Shown: positions 1 to 12,179, numbered from the stretch's first letter. The stretch: 64,000 bases of DNA from Antedon mediterranea (GCF_964355755.1 NC_092675.1:28058912-28122911); one strand, 5' to 3'. The notes: generated by a model from the sequence alone, not told the origin. Made by a program: numbers and translations.

Positions 1-1098
1 CACGTGTAAATTGTTCATTGTCTGAACGATCACTGATTACACATGTGAATTTTAGAAACGGCAAATTATTCTGTTTTAATATACACTAATAAAAATCCTT
101 ATTTAATAGCTTTGTATAGTCATGTCAGTGTTCAATTAGAAACTGTTGTGTTTTTTTTCAATCTCGACCTTTTGTTCACACTGTGAATGATGTGTTTTGT
201 GTTTTAACAATTTTTAATATCACGACTACATCATAATCAAATTTAATGTAAATTTAGAAAATGCTTTATAAACTGAAGTCAAGACATGTTACATGCTGAT
301 TCAGATGATGCAGACGTAAGAGAAATACAAGCTCATAATGACATGGCATACTGTTTTAATCTTTTTATTTGATATTTCATTTTGAAAAGACATTGTTTTA
401 TGTTTTGCACTTTCTTATAACACATATGTTATTCTATCAAGGACAATTTCATTATTTTGTACATGATTTCTTGTAAACAATTTGACAATAAATTCAAAAC
501 AGTTTTTTGTGAATCATAATAAAAGACACAAAAAAACATTATTTAGACAAATGACAGAAAATCATGATACCCCTTTTAGAAATTTTGAGGTACAGTAATA
601 AAAAAAATAGGCCTAGTGTAATAACAATTTGCAATTTGAAATAACTTGATATTAATACCTAGGACTCACTGCATGGTAAGGAATCGGACTGTGTCCATAA
701 AATAAAGCAAAAAGGCACGACATCTACTATGACTTCTGATGAGAAATTAAGCTGTTTTGTGACATAAAATGTACATTTTATGCATTGAATGTGTGATATA
801 GTACAGGTCTGCTGGACAATGGACAGTAAATGATGGACCTGTCTAATTTTCCCAGTACTACAATTCTTCACTGTAATTTTATATACATGTTGTTAAAACT
901 AATGATGGCCAGTAAAATTTAATTCGGGCCAGTAACAAAAACAGGGGTACCTTAAGGACAATCATATTATTTAAAAGGGTAGAAAATTGGACAAATTTCC
1001 TGAATTTTCCATTAGACTGAGTGTATTATAAAAAAATAGATTTTTAACATTTTCCATTTTTCTAAACTATAGCTTCCAATATGAATTTTATCTATCAG

Positions 1099-1256
1099 GT
1101 GATGATGGATTCTATGATGATTTTGATGGTGATCAGTTTGAGCTTGGTCCTACAAGTCACAGACTTAATTTAAAACAACAGAAAACATTCCAAGGCATTG
1201 AGGTTATTGATGAAGTTGAAGAGACTGAGCAAAGGAAAAGAGCAAAAACAGCTGAG
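1099..1256 (+). CDS. Internal coding exon of an unidentified spliced gene (DDGFYDDFDGDQFELGPTSHRLNLKQQKTFQGIEVIDEVEETEQRKRAKTAE)
   Basis: Acceptor tctatcag| at 1098 and donor GAG|gtaagc at 1257. The 158-nt frame is open, enters in phase 1 and exits in phase 0, matching the next exon. Confidence 0.85.
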
Positions 1257-1371
1257 GTAAGCTAACAAAAACTCATAACTAAGTATTACTCGGTAACTGT
1301 ACTGCTCGGTAAAGAGAATGAATGTGAAGCACTAGTATTAATGTATATCTCTTCTTCAGACTGGATATAAT

Positions 1372-1673
1372 TATAATAATAATAATATTAATAATAACAT
1401 TGCACATTTATAAAGTGCTCTTTACTGGAGTCTCACAATGCCACGGGAAAAGAATAATTATTGAAATAGGGGAGTTTTCAGGAGAGATTTGAATTGAAAG
1501 GGGGAGGGAGTGTAACGGAGGGAACGAGGAAGGTTCCAGATCTCTGGTGCCTGAGCAAAGAAGCCCTTAGGCACAGATTTTAGGTTGGTTCTAGGTTGTG
1601 TTAACATAAGAGGATCCGTTTCAGAACGAAAACTTGTGCGTAATGAGACATGTGGTTCAATAAGTTTGTGAAG
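1372..1673 (-). mobile_element. 5'-truncated L2-clade LINE 3' end inside an intron
   Basis: The minus strand translates to ...PRTNLKSVPKGFFAQAPEIWNLPRSLRYTPSPFQFKSLLKTPLFQ*, the typical L2 ORF2 C-terminal pattern (F..AP..WN.LP..LR....FK..LKT.LF). A (TTA)n tail follows. Confidence 0.8.
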
Positions 1674-1861
1674 ATAATTTATTTGGAAAGTTTACTTTTA
1701 AAATAGTTATGTATATAACACTTTGTTGATAAAGGTGCGTCCAAATTAATAACTACAAAGTTAATGCAAAAATAATATGTTGTGTGTAATACACAACATA
1801 AAAGGCAAACAAAAATAAATAATATACTCATGAATAACACTTTTTTGTATTTAATATTTAG

Positions 1862-1974
1862 AGTGAGTTTTCATCAAGTTTCATTGATGATGAAGCTGAA
1901 CTTGACTACATGATGGCTGGTATCCCAAGTAGACCAGCTACAACTGTGGATGGACGAAGGATGAGTTCTCTTAG
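1862..1974 (+). CDS. Internal coding exon (SEFSSSFIDDEAELDYMMAGIPSRPATTVDGRRMSSL)
   Basis: Acceptor atatttag| at 1861 and donor AG|gtatct at 1975. It is 113 nt, phase 0 in and phase 2 out, compatible with both neighbours. Confidence 0.85.
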
Positions 1975-2642
1975 GTATCTATGGTGTATTCATATATTTT
2001 AATTTATTTAGGTCATAATCAATTCAATTCAATAAAACTTTATTATCCCAAACTCCGAAATTCATTTGGTTGTGTATACAAAGATTCATTCAGAGATGAA
2101 TCTTCAACACTCTCTAATTATAAATGAAAATAACTTGTGTTTTCTGCATTTAAAGCACTGAAAACTGTAACATCAATTCTGTTCACAATTGTTTAGCAAA
2201 TATCTATATAAGTACAACATTTGCATAGAGCAAGAATTGTTTTTTCTGTAGTAATTTTATTTACAAAAATACAACAAACATAATACAAAAAAAATCAGCT
2301 ATTTTGAGCTTCAAAAGGCTTCTGTTTATAGTCTTCAAATTATTTTAGATGATAAAATTGCTTGTCCAATTATACTGATTGTATTTGTCTGGTTGATGTT
2401 TACATGTCAATTTTCAAACAAAATGCAGCTATGCTACACAAAAGAGTATTTCCCAAAAAAATAAGTTAACATATGAAAATGGAACATTACTCGGACAATA
2501 TTATAATTTTATCTTAAATTTCGAGGCATTCTCGAATATTTAATTATTTCTCTTCTTTAACTTCTTCTTCTTCTCTTACAATTTTGCATATTATTGTATT
2601 AAATATGTATAATTATTTTTATTTATTTTTTTAATTTAACAG

Positions 2643-3051
2643 CAGGCAATCACATGCATCAAGCAAATCTCGGGTGACTGGTCGAGCTCAAAGTCAAACA
2701 TCAATTTCAAGGCACCCCATCAGTCAACTATCATATAACTCTACCAAAAGACCAACATCTTCTGTGGCTAATCAGAGCGATAAGGCACCTTCAGAAGAAC
2801 GTTCACCAAGCAGAACCAGTAAGAACATTGGATCAAGCAGGCAGTCATTACAGGAACCTAGGCCTAGAAGTCAGACGAGTAATGTTTCCAAAAGTTTGAT
2901 TGATCCTAGACCTTCGAGCCAGGCGAGCAACGTCCAGCCCGCTGGTGAGGAAAGGCCTAAGAGTCAGACAAGCCACGTCCAGCCGGCTGGTGAGGAAAGG
3001 CCTAAGAGTCAGACAAGCAACATCTCCCAATCTGCTGTTCAGAAGGCCTAG
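2643..3051 (+). CDS. Ser/Arg/Pro/Gln-rich coding exon with ~15-aa RPxSQxS repeats. The 3' boundary is ambiguous (donor after 2944, 2989 or 3064, or stop at 3049-3051).
   Basis: A polypyrimidine tract precedes the tandem acceptor aacagcag (2641-2645). Phase 2 entry puts it in frame with ORF 2674..3051. GC is elevated relative to the flanks. Confidence 0.8.
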
Positions 3052-3240
3052 ACACCTACAAATGGTAAAAGTATTGAGGAGTTGAACAGGGAGACTGGTC
3101 ACAGTGCTGGTCCTGGTTGTAGGAGGCAGGAGGCCATCTTCCTTGTAATTTAGATGCACTATTTGAATAATTATTTAATTTAAAAGTTGTAGATTGTATG
3201 ACCTTTTAACAGATTTTCCAGAAACTTTTTTGTTTAACAG

Positions 3241-3275
3241 AGGGGTATCAGCGGGATGTAAACCATTTTGAAACG
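3241..3275 (+). CDS. 35-nt coding micro-exon (EGYQRDVNHFET)
   Basis: Strong acceptor ttttttgtttaacag| and donor ACG|gtatat. Phase 1 entry matches the donors at 2944, 2989 and 3064. Phase 0 exit matches the exon at 3714. Confidence 0.6.
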
Positions 3276-3713
3276 GTATATCAAAAAATACCTAGTCAGG
3301 AAAACGTTTTATAAATTTTCTATTTTTATTACTTCAGATAATACAAATGTTAAGAGATTATATCTACTGTTGTCAGACACCTTTAATAGTAAAGTTATAT
3401 TTTCTAATAATTGGTAGTTTTATAAAAATGTACTTTTTGAATTCTTATATGTTCATTTCTAAGAAACTATCAAGGCAAAACATTATGTCAATGAAATTAA
3501 GAAAATATATTATTTATAGAATTTGTAAATATTTTCTTATAGAAATGTGTATATATGTTGGTATTTATTATAATTTTACAATGAATCATAATTTTTCACA
3601 TGATTACTTACTTAGGTAAACTTTTCCAAGTTCTTATGATTTGAATTTACTTGGAAAATAATTTTTAAAATAATATATACTGACATTAAAGAAAAATAAA
3701 GATTGTTCCTTAG

Positions 3714-3797
3714 GGGAGAGGAAAGTTGTCCACACCCGTGCACAGTAAGGTCACTGGTTATTCTACATTTGCTCCATGCTGTGGGATAGTTGACTAA
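3714..3797 (+). CDS. Probable terminal coding exon (GRGKLSTPVHSKVTGYSTFAPCCGIVD*)
   Basis: Acceptor ttgttccttag|, phase-0 open frame to TAA at 3795-3797, and AATAAA at 3937-3942. Confidence 0.55.
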   Translation, partial: GRGKLSTPVHSKVTGYSTFAPCCGIVD

Positions 3798-3936
3798 ACC
3801 TGTTTTAATGTCTTATTTTTTTTAAGTTCATTAATTTTATTTATATAGAGAATACTTTATTGTAATTTATTTGGGATATACCATGAGAATATTATTGACA
3901 AATCTTCATTGAAGATGAATGTTTAAGTTGTGTAGT

Positions 3937-3942
3937 AATAAA
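3937..3942 (+). promoter_or_regulatory. Candidate polyadenylation signal AATAAA
   Basis: It lies about 140 nt after the predicted stop. The motif is common in AT-rich DNA, so it is weak evidence alone. Confidence 0.35.
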
Positions 3943-4134
3943 CAAAAAAAATCGAAATTTGTTTCATTCCAAATGAACTTTATGTTTAAAACATTCATAA
4001 TATACAATTGAGTTATAAGGTAGGCTACAACACTAGGTCAGTTTAAGCATGACCTTATTTTACAAACATTTGGCACAAGCATGGAGGAAAAATATCATTT
4101 GTTCCTCCATGTAAGTTAATGTATGTAATTCATA

Positions 4135-4413
4135 CACATTTAAAACGATCCACCGTCCATATTTAAAATGGTCCGTCCATATTTGAAATTATCCGTCCAC
4201 ATTTTAAAATGATCCGTCCACATTTGAAATGGTCCGTCCACATTTGAAACGGTCCGTCCACATTTTGAAATGATCCGTCCACACTTTTTAAATGAACCGT
4301 CCACATTTGAAATTATCCGTCCACACTTTTTAAATGATCTGTCCACATTTGAACAAATTATCCGTCCGCACTTTTTAAATGATCCCTCCACATTTGAAAA
4401 AAATTATCCGTCC
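4135..4413. repeat. Minisatellite, ~20-22 bp unit (atccgtccacatttgaaatg), about a dozen copies
   Basis: Directly visible tandem ccgtccaca units. It explains the spurious ORF 4140..4391. Confidence 0.9.
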
Positions 4414-4590
4414 GGTAGACGCTGTCGAAAGAAAAGTTAAAGAATATAACTATTAGTGGACCTACAACTTTTTCTAAATGTACAGCTGCGCACATAATGT
4501 TTTGACACAATGTTTGCTGTTGACTTTGGAAATAAAAAGTTTGGAAAAAAAACGAATGGCTTGTGTATTATTTAATGAATATCATTTTGC

Positions 4591-4736
4591 TATAGAACTC
4601 CTATTAATGGGACACCTACGGGACTCAACAAGTGCTCCTTTAAGAGTAGTGTCCTATGAATAGGTTACTGATGAAGCATTCCCCTCGTTGATTCACAGGA
4701 AATAGGAGTTTCCCACAATTGAGAGGTTTAACTATA
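4591..4736. mobile_element. Degenerate Tc1/pogo-like MITE remnant
   Basis: Eroded ends (tagaactcc...gaggtttaacta) and gggacacc/gtcc..tgaatag motifs shared with the copies near 43.8 kb and 62.1 kb. Confidence 0.35.
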
Positions 4737-6820
4737 GGTTTTTATTTTCTTCCTGAAAATAACGAAAATACTGTTAGGGTTTTTTCTCATACCAGCAAAC
4801 TATATCCGATACTTTACTCGTGAACTAACTCGATTTACTTAATCTGGTTATTGCCCTGGTGTCCTAAAATGGAAGACTTCATTATCTTATGTAACGTTCT
4901 TTATTTCTCTTTCATTTTCAATTCTTCGTTTTTCACTAAGTGCAATAACCGAGAGAACAAGAGAATCAAATTGAAAAGAGAAAGTTCCATCCGGCAATTT
5001 GAACTTGACCGACAACATTCTATTCAACCATACAAATTGTGTAATAATTGTCATTGCTACGCCCTGGTTTTAAAATAATTGTTATCGAATGTTTCATGTT
5101 TTTACTACAAATGAAGAATTGTGTCTAGATTATAGGCCTACCATCGCCTTCAGTCTAAGACTCTATTTCAACTTTATATTGTTAAAAAGATAAATATTTA
5201 GCGCACACATGGTGTTGTTTTATACGTAGGCCTACAATACATGAACTCGAAAGGTATTTCAGACAAAAATCGAAGCAACAAAAAACGCAGACTTGAGTCA
5301 AGTCTTCATCTCCTTATGTCAGAAACATTCCAGTTAATTTAATTCACTTCAACTTTATTTTAACAACGGAGGCCTACAATATCAACCCATGGCTGCTGTT
5401 CCTTTGCGAAGCGATGTGCATATAAAAATAGAAAATACAATTTTTAAAACTATCTTTTAACAATATAATGTATTTTAAAAGTTATAAATATCGTCAGCAC
5501 CAGGATTATTCTATTAAAGCTTGTTTACAACATGCTATGGTTGTTTATATTCAGTCTTCGTAAAACAGAGCAACATTTGACAAAGATACCCTCAAATTGA
5601 ATATCTGTTCAGTGTTCTCCCGAATATAGAAATCAAGTCCGGCAAATTGACAAAATATACTGTAGCCTTTGATTGCTCTTGTTTGTTTTTAATGTTTCGG
5701 CCTAACCTACCACTAGTAGATAAGTGATTATTTTATGTATAATTTTCTTGCATTATTTTTAATACTGGTTGAATCAATTTAGTCTTGCAAATCTTGCTGG
5801 ATGGCAAAAGCTGCTTCAGGAGAACACTGCTGTTGCTGGTGTTTATTTTAAATATAATAACCACTCTCTCTCCAAAGGCTTGTCGTTCTTCGATGTCCCC
5901 GTGAACGCTAGCTTTTTAAAAACATAATACTCATGCAGATGCGGTTTGTTACAATTTTCTAATATCTATAATTTGTTATTTTATTTTGCGTGTTTTATTT
6001 ATTTTCGTGAATTCTCCAAGTGTAGATCCCGTGTGAATATGTAATCTTCTTGACCCATATTCAAGTGCCCCTAGCTATTCTGATGACCCCTCTGGTGATT
6101 CTTACTTAAATCCATTTAAATTTCGTCGTGTCATTTCTCTTGTCTCTTTATTTTGTACAAAATGTTCAATGTATTTTTTATATGCGATTCTTTGTTTCTT
6201 CAGAGGCTTAATTTACGGGTACGGTCTGGCGCCAATTATTGGTCCGATGGTGAGTAAGACGACAATGCCCTTCATGGTCAGATAAGGTCCGACGGAACAT
6301 AGACCTACGACGAAAATTGTCAAGTCATCATGGTGTAAAACTATAAACTAGATCCACTGGTGATCATGAAGAAACTGGTCATACTCAACTCAGTTGATTT
6401 TGTGGGTTTTTTTTATTGAAGCTATAGGTCCATTCTTTCAAGAACCACTTTAGTTTAGTTAGTTTGTGACCTTTAATGTAAAGTTATTCTATGTAGTATG
6501 TAGTGATGTAGATAAATACATACATTTAAATTATAAATTATAATAAGTGAGGTGCGCGCATTATAATACAAAAAGATAATATACATTACATGCAGCAATC
6601 TAAAGTTTGAAACTTTTCTTATAAAAAGTTTATTGCGTTTGTGAGGGCAGTAGACAGGGACTTTATTTTAGGACAAACTTTATCTGCGGCGCTAAGTTCC
6701 AAATCACTCTCGTAATAAATCATCTTTTCTTTTAAATAAAATAACTATAAACTTTGGCATATTTATAAATTATTATGCATATAATACAGTGTTAAGATTA
6801 TGTTGTAAGTAAGTTTTAGA

Positions 6821-7037
6821 TAGGCCTAGTTTAAGTTGTGACGTGATTGATAAGCTAGGCCAGGCTAGGCTAGCTAGGGCCGCTAGGCCAGGCTATATAG
6901 GCCTAGGCTAGTTAGGGCTCTCTTTATCTAGTCTAGCCTAGGGTAGCCTAGCCTACTTTAGTTAGGCCTACTCTACTATCCTACTAGCTAGTAGAAGTAG
7001 TAAGCCTAGGCCTCTAGATTAGGCTAGCCCAGGCCTA
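6821..7037. repeat. Low-complexity cluster of palindromic TAGGCCTA/CTAG/TAGC units
   Basis: Dense run of taggcctag, ctaggc and tagctag motifs. Confidence 0.85.
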
Positions 7038-10034
7038 TTTCTGTTTTGCATGGCAACAAAATATTTATTGAGTCATTTTAGACGGCGGTATATTTGAACT
7101 GAGTAACTGCAGGTGGCTGGCCAAGGCCTAACATTTAACATTCAAGCAAACTTCAAAAACTATTTCAACCTGTCAAATTGACAGTTTACGAATATTAAAT
7201 GATAATATTATTACGCTAAAAAGTATAACAAACATTTATGACACTGTTTTGTTATTGCATTTGTAATTGTATGGTGCAAAACCTTCCTCCAGTCATCTCT
7301 GCAAGATGTCTTCCATAGCATGACATTTTGTGTACCTACTGTACTGGTCTGCTGTATAAAGCAAAATCATTATAGTATATACTTTATTTACTTGTTTTCG
7401 GAGCTTAGCATTTTTTGAATCCGGAGTCAAAAAATATTGAAAAATAATTCATCAAATCCTGAGTACGGCGCAAATTTTTAAGAGGGTGGTTGGACAATGC
7501 CTTGATTAGTTGATCTTGAAGATACTAACTACATCCTCCAGTAAATTCCACAGTATAATTGCTTTTCGACCAAACAAGTCTCATCCAATTTTTGTGCATG
7601 GAACTTAAATTTAAATTTGAAAGAATAACCACTGAATAAAGTGCCACTCGCTTGTTTAAAAATCTGTATCTGAAAGGTAAAATGGGTATGATGGGTATAT
7701 ACAATAATTAAACCATGTACAAAGAATCCTTTAGATGCTGTACTGGTTTATCTTCAGATTATATCTTCAAATTTGTTTTTGTAATATATTTAATTATTCA
7801 TTCCTGTCATAATAACTACAAATTTCTTTTATTAAGAAGATCTTGGCAACTGTGTTGTTTTTTTCAAGTACCGCATTGCTGATAGATATCAATACCAAAT
7901 ATGGTACCGTAAGTTATTTACTGTGGTTTTTTTTCATCTCATCATTAGGCTAAAATAATTAGTATATTAGGTGAATTATTTAGATATTGCCGAGGGCATC
8001 TTGGTTGCCAGTGTTGTGTAGAAAATGCAATTTATAAACTTGCCTAAATCTAAAAACAAATAAAAGTTTATAAATTGTTTAATAGCCTTGCACTTCTACA
8101 TTATCCTTGACTCTTGTTTTTTTAAAAATAATTGAAAAATAGTCATCTTAATTTATGGGTAATTAACCTTCGAAATTAACAAAAGTCATTATCCTTTGTC
8201 GCATAATATCCCAGTAGGATGCGTTCAACAATTCGTCTTTTTTTAATTTCATGTTTGATTCAAAGAATCAAATGTAAATTGCGTATATTAATTCCGGTAC
8301 AATTATTCAAAAAGGAAATTACATGACAGAAATGTAATTATATTCTCTTGTCATTTGCACACCTTAAAGGCAAATGGTTTATGTAATTTGTTTTGAAGGT
8401 TATTGTATGTAAACTGATTATAGGCGTAATATGTTTGTAATAAATAAAGTTATTATGTTTTCGTTCGTTTTTTTAGAAGCAATTGATTGAAATTTCAGGA
8501 AAAACAAACGTCTATTCACAAAATAGTGGCAACGCAGAATAACTGAAGACTAAAGCGTTTATTTTATATGGTAAATTAATTAATGTAAGTGGGAACTTTG
8601 TATATATAGTATAGTGTATATCATCTGCATCCATGAATTTTCCTGTAAATTCAGAATCATATCCAAAAGTGGAAAAGGTTTGTCGGTCCTCATGAACTTT
8701 ATTCTTTAAAGTGCACATGAACCTTCAGTTTTAAGTTTAAATCATAGAGTTGTCTGAAGTGGCAAATCTACAATTAGTAATATTAGATGATTTAACAATT
8801 AAATATTTTCTGTTTTTTTTTCTATATCATTACAGTACAAATGCTACATCAGAATTTGTGAATGGATGCTTTGTCACTTGGTCATTTCTACTTAAAAGGT
8901 ACCTTGTATACTACAATTACTTTTTTATTGAAAATAACTGTCTGTTCATACTAAGCTTGGTTCCCAATAGCTTGTAGCGCAAGGAGGTAGACGCAATAAA
9001 TGTCAGTCAGTCAGTTATCCTCATAAGTCTTGTGTCGGCACAACAGTGAGGCAAACCAACTTCTTGTGTCGATTGCAACAGTCTCTTTCAAGGCTACAAT
9101 GTTGCATTGTTGTAGTCAAAATTTGCTAGTGGGAGGAAATGTAAAAACACAAGATCCACATTTGAGAACATTTGTTAACATTTTTGTTTTCTTATAAAAT
9201 AGCATTAATGTTTACGCTATCACTCATTAAAGATGTGTCGTCCCCTAAACATTTTTTTTAATATGCCATTTTAATGTCAGATAACAGTTCTTCACTTTGA
9301 CCAAAAACTGGAGCGAAAAAAAAATGTATTTACCTAAAAAATGTAATTTAAGTGCCAAAAATGCTTAAATTGTTGTCAGACAATGGTTTTTCGTTAAAAT
9401 TAAACGTTTCATTTGTCTTTTTATAAGTTTATTAAAACTGCAAATTGGCCTATTTAAAGTCAGATTTTATTAATCTTCATTTTTCATGCTTTTGGGTAAC
9501 AATACATCTGTAAGTTTCAGATAATCCTTTGCTAAACAGAAAAAAAATATTTAACATAAAGTCCCCAGCTCAATAATCTTTACATATATTTGGGGAGTTT
9601 CTTTTGAAACGTTATTCATCCGATTAGTTTACTACCAAGGAAACGTCCAAGCGTTTCGACATGACAGTTTACATAAATATCAACAATTTGTCCGGCCAGT
9701 TAATTCAATTATTTATTGAAGGTATTAAATTAGCGATTACTAAGCACTTGTCATTGTCAATATCACGGTGACACATTATACGAAGTGTTTGATATAATCG
9801 CCTAGTGTAAAAAACGCAGATTGTGGTTTATTGGGATGTTTGCTCGTATTGTCTTGGTTTGTGGTTCATGTCCAGAAGATTGTCTTTATAGTTGGTAAAA
9901 TTAAAATATGAGGTGTGTTTACAAAATACAATGAAAGTAAATTTAAAGAAATCTAAAATTATATGATAAAGCTCCAGTCTTTGCATTCATTCATTCATTC
10001 CCTTTATTTCCCTTTTATTTTTGGAAACACCATA

Positions 10035-10195
10035 AGTTCTGTCTACACCATCAAACCTTATGTGACAGAAAAATGTGATGTGCCTATATATGGACATAAT
10101 AATGTCATATGACTACCATATTTGGGCATACAGTATCACTACCATATTTGTGCACATCACACTTGTCAAACTAGTTTGATAGTGTAGACAGAGCT
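10035..10195. mobile_element. PIF/Harbinger-type MITE, family A copy 1
   Basis: TIR agttctgtctacacc...agtgtagacagagct, internal gtgatgtgccc/gcacatcac inverted repeats, TTA on the right flank. Confidence 0.85.
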
Positions 10196-10614
10196 TTACT
10201 AACACTGATGTTTTCATGGAAAATTAAAAATACATTTTATTTATCAGTAAATAGCTTTTAATTATCCAATTTGAATGTCGAGACAAATTATGCTCAACAT
10301 AATTCTCCAGTAAAAATAACTTGTGCATGTAATCGTGATTAGATTGACTTACATGTTAAAGCATGCCCTCTATAATTTTACAAGTGCACAATCAGCAGTT
10401 TTTGCAATGATGAATTTGTGTATGATGTGTAACTATAAAGGAATAAAATGTTTTATCTGTATGAAATATTTTATTCACTTGAACATCTTTCAAAACTGTG
10501 TTATGCCAGAGCAATATGTTGGTGTTTTTGTGTGGTCTAAATTATTATAAAAATACCATGAATTTTATTCAAATGGGGAAGAAACATGCAAAGTTTTGCA
10601 CCTTCCCTAATGCT

Positions 10615-12179
10615 TCTATATATAAATTTACGTAAGGGCAAAATTCGGTAAATCGCGCCTTACTTCTAGAATTTTTACTCGATGGTATATAAAGTTGGTT
10701 CGCACTTTCGGTACTGATTTTAACCACCTGATGTAACCCTGTTTACTAATTAAATTAAGTTAGATAATTAGTTATTGACGATTAAAACGAATTTAGGTTC
10801 AACGATTTGCCCCAAATAGGGGTGTTTTCCGATCGTGGTATACACTGTCTAATGGATGTCCATCTTGAAAAATACCCGCCACAAAAATGCGAAGAGGCTT
10901 CGCATTTTCCTATCTCCTCCTACGATAATTGTTTTTAATAGCTGAAAACCGGTTGAACAGTTCGAGTACAGTATCATAATGTTGAAGACAGGCCGATTTT
11001 CTTAAAAAAATACTATTTTGATAGATTTAATATACGTTTATGCAAATGCATTGATTTGTGATGAATGGAACATTCCAAATTATTTGGTTTAACCATAGAG
11101 GTATAGATTTAGATTTATGGGCCCCCTTGGAGAATAAACATAAATAGTATTGCAATGCTGTACAATACTGTTAAGGTATTAACCACTTTTGATCGCAATT
11201 TGAATCGCAAATTTCTTACTGTGAGTGTTGGTACTGTTAGATGTAATATAAAAATATATACAAATAAACTTTATTACTGTTAGTGTGGGTAGGCCCTACT
11301 GTTAGATTATAAACATATAATATACAAATAAACATTCCAAATTATTTGGTTTAACCATAGAGGTATAGATTTAGATTTATGGGCCCCCTTGGAGAATAAA
11401 CATAAATAGTATTGCAATGCTGTACAATACTGTTAAGGTATTAACAACTTTTGATGGCAATTTGAATCGCAAATTTCTTACTGTGAGTGTTGGTACTGTT
11501 GTAGATGTAATATAAAAATATATACAAATAAACTTTATTACTGTGAGTGTGGGTAGGCCCTACTGTTAGATTATAAACATATAATATACAAATAAATAAA
11601 CGTTATTACTGACAGTTGCTTCTCAATGTTTGTATTAATTAATAATTTAAAAATATATAAACGTCGTAGTGGTGTATCGTTACATGTACTTTACTATTTC
11701 AATCGACTATGACAGTGAGAGTTTTAACAAAGTACCGTATTAAATCGTAAATGTTTTACTGTATTTAGTGGTATATTATTTATAGGCCTATAAAACATTA
11801 AAAACAATATTTCGTTACTGAGTGGATAAGAATATATTTTAAAATGTTTCCTCTTTGTACCTATCTTCTTCCCCCATCCCTCAACCCTTAATGTTATATA
11901 CAAAACACAAATTGGGTTTGTTTAAATGAGTCCAAATAAAAAAATTTGACTCATTTTGTTTCTCTCTCGGAAGTAATTCCCAGGGTGCTAATTTTGGTTG
12001 ACTACATAAATCATTGTGTATATTTATTCGCTTCTGTAAACGACAATATGTATTATAGTCCTGCGGTACGTACACTGTTTGAAATCTCCATTTTTTTCTC
12101 GCTGGAAATACTGTGTATTCGAGAACCATCTGTGGGCACGACCTAGATGGTACGCGAGCGAAGCGAGCGTGCCATCTAG
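10615..12179 (+). mobile_element. Non-autonomous Helitron (~1.56 kb)
   Basis: 5' end TCTATATATAAA at 10615. The 3' end is a GC-rich hairpin (tacgcgagcgaagcgagcgtg) followed by CTAG (12176-12179) then T. No TSD is visible. The interior is richer in CpG than the flanks. Confidence 0.65.
11069..11594. repeat. Near-identical tandem duplication of ~262 bp inside the Helitron
   Basis: aacattccaaattatttggtttaaccatagagg... starts at both 11069 and 11331, with only a few substitutions and small indels. Confidence 0.92.

Noticed and set aside
258-315. Upstream exon ending ...DSDDAD|gtaag
   Set aside because: There is an in-frame stop after the only good acceptor, and the phase 0 exit does not fit the phase 1 entry of the 1099 exon.
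2848-3159. Minus-strand 103-aa ORF and + strand ORF 2900..3085
   Set aside because: They are shadow frames of the real repetitive exon.
4140-4391. 83-aa ORF with repeated FKKCGRII
   Set aside because: It is a by-product of a non-triplet minisatellite.
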